The notes beneath the pieces were generated by a model. It had not been told where the DNA came from and ran no database searches. It saw only the letters and a program-made list of their open reading frames with translations. Shown here one piece after another: positions 63,264 through 64,000 of a stretch of 64,000 bases of DNA (position 1 is its first letter; every line of letters begins with the position of its first letter). A program made the position numbers and the translations under genes. Source of the stretch: Macrostomum lignano (lineage: Eukaryota); assembly GCA_002269645.1 (NCBI GenBank), contig NIVC01000244.1:80484-144483 (forward strand). Direction: 5' to 3'.

Positions 63264-64000
63264 CTAGGTGCGGTGCAACTACACTAACCGATTAGTTGAA
63301 CTCACCCGCTAGCAATGCACATTTTATAATACTCAAGCTCTAATAACTGATTCTGCTTTAGCTAAAATGCTGCGGCTGCGGATTAGCTAATCTCATTACA
63401 CGGCTTATTGATTTTCTGTTTGCTCTCTCTTATTCTTTTCAGAGGCTATCATCGCTGTCGAGACGGTCTTGAGTGAAAGCTAGTCAGTTAGTGCTTTAGC
63501 AGCTTTTCATTTATATTTTTTTGTTAATCTCGTGTGCCATCTTTAAACTTGCAATATCGGTGTCCGATTGAAGAGCTTGGAAGCTGGATTGAGCTTTAAA
63601 AGATTCCTCCATCTACCCTGCCCCACCCAGCTTTACAAGTTAGCAGGTTATTTTTCCACTGTCTCCGCTTCTGTGGCTGCCGCATGTTTACTACTAATAA
63701 TAATAAAACTCGCGTTTTGCGTTGGCAATTGACATTGGCTAATATAAGATATATTAGTAGCACCACGAGATCCCTTCGCTTCTTGATATTTTAGTATAGA
63801 TGAAATTCTGAAATTGAGTACGTGTTTTTCGTGGAAAATTGCATCATTTTTCACCCAATTTTTGGTGCGCTTACGTTGCCTCATTCGTGTGCCTGCACAG
63901 AAAATGAGGCTACAAGAGGAAACCCGACATTAATTAGCGACAGAATCTTTGCAAAAATTTTTATGTCAATTTTTAATTGGCATACTCTACTCATAGTGGC

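Noticed and set aside
63443-63472. Next Par-3 exon after a good acceptor (TTCTTTTCAG)
   Set aside because: The phase-0 frame stops after 9 codons and there is no convincing donor or conserved motif; cannot be supported.

Overview
This is eukaryotic (animal) genomic DNA, not prokaryotic. It has GT-AG introns, SINEs, LINE fragments, a BEL/Pao LTR retrotransposon and dense minisatellites. The repeat load and gene style resemble a flatworm such as Macrostomum, but that is inference only. Most long ORFs in the supplied track are low-complexity artefacts; the real genes are spliced and were reconstructed by hand. (1) Two tandem GABA-B-receptor-like class C GPCR paralogs lie on the minus strand. Gene A is complete (14 coding exons, 40108 to 13510, 743 aa). 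Gene B has 6 exons in the window (7823 to 3834) and runs off the left edge. Both lack most canonical GABA-contact residues and the lobe-1 cysteine pair. (2) A divergently oriented Par-3/Bazooka gene lies on the plus strand (N-terminal oligomerisation domain plus 3 PDZ domains, from 47136, probably continuing past the window). (3) The 15-kb intron 9 of gene A is almost entirely a head-to-tail array of non-autonomous Helitron-like units with CT-rich cores. Some units carry TTAGGG tracts and others a candidate captured exon. (4) Other mobile DNA: the 3' end of a BEL/Pao element, a decayed IS630/Tc1-like transposon with 150-bp TIRs, a 2.2-kb solo-LTR-like element with a 4-bp TSD, three adjacent foldback MITEs, two tRNA-derived SINE families and RTE-like LINE fragments. 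No CRISPR array, rRNA or true tRNA gene was found.
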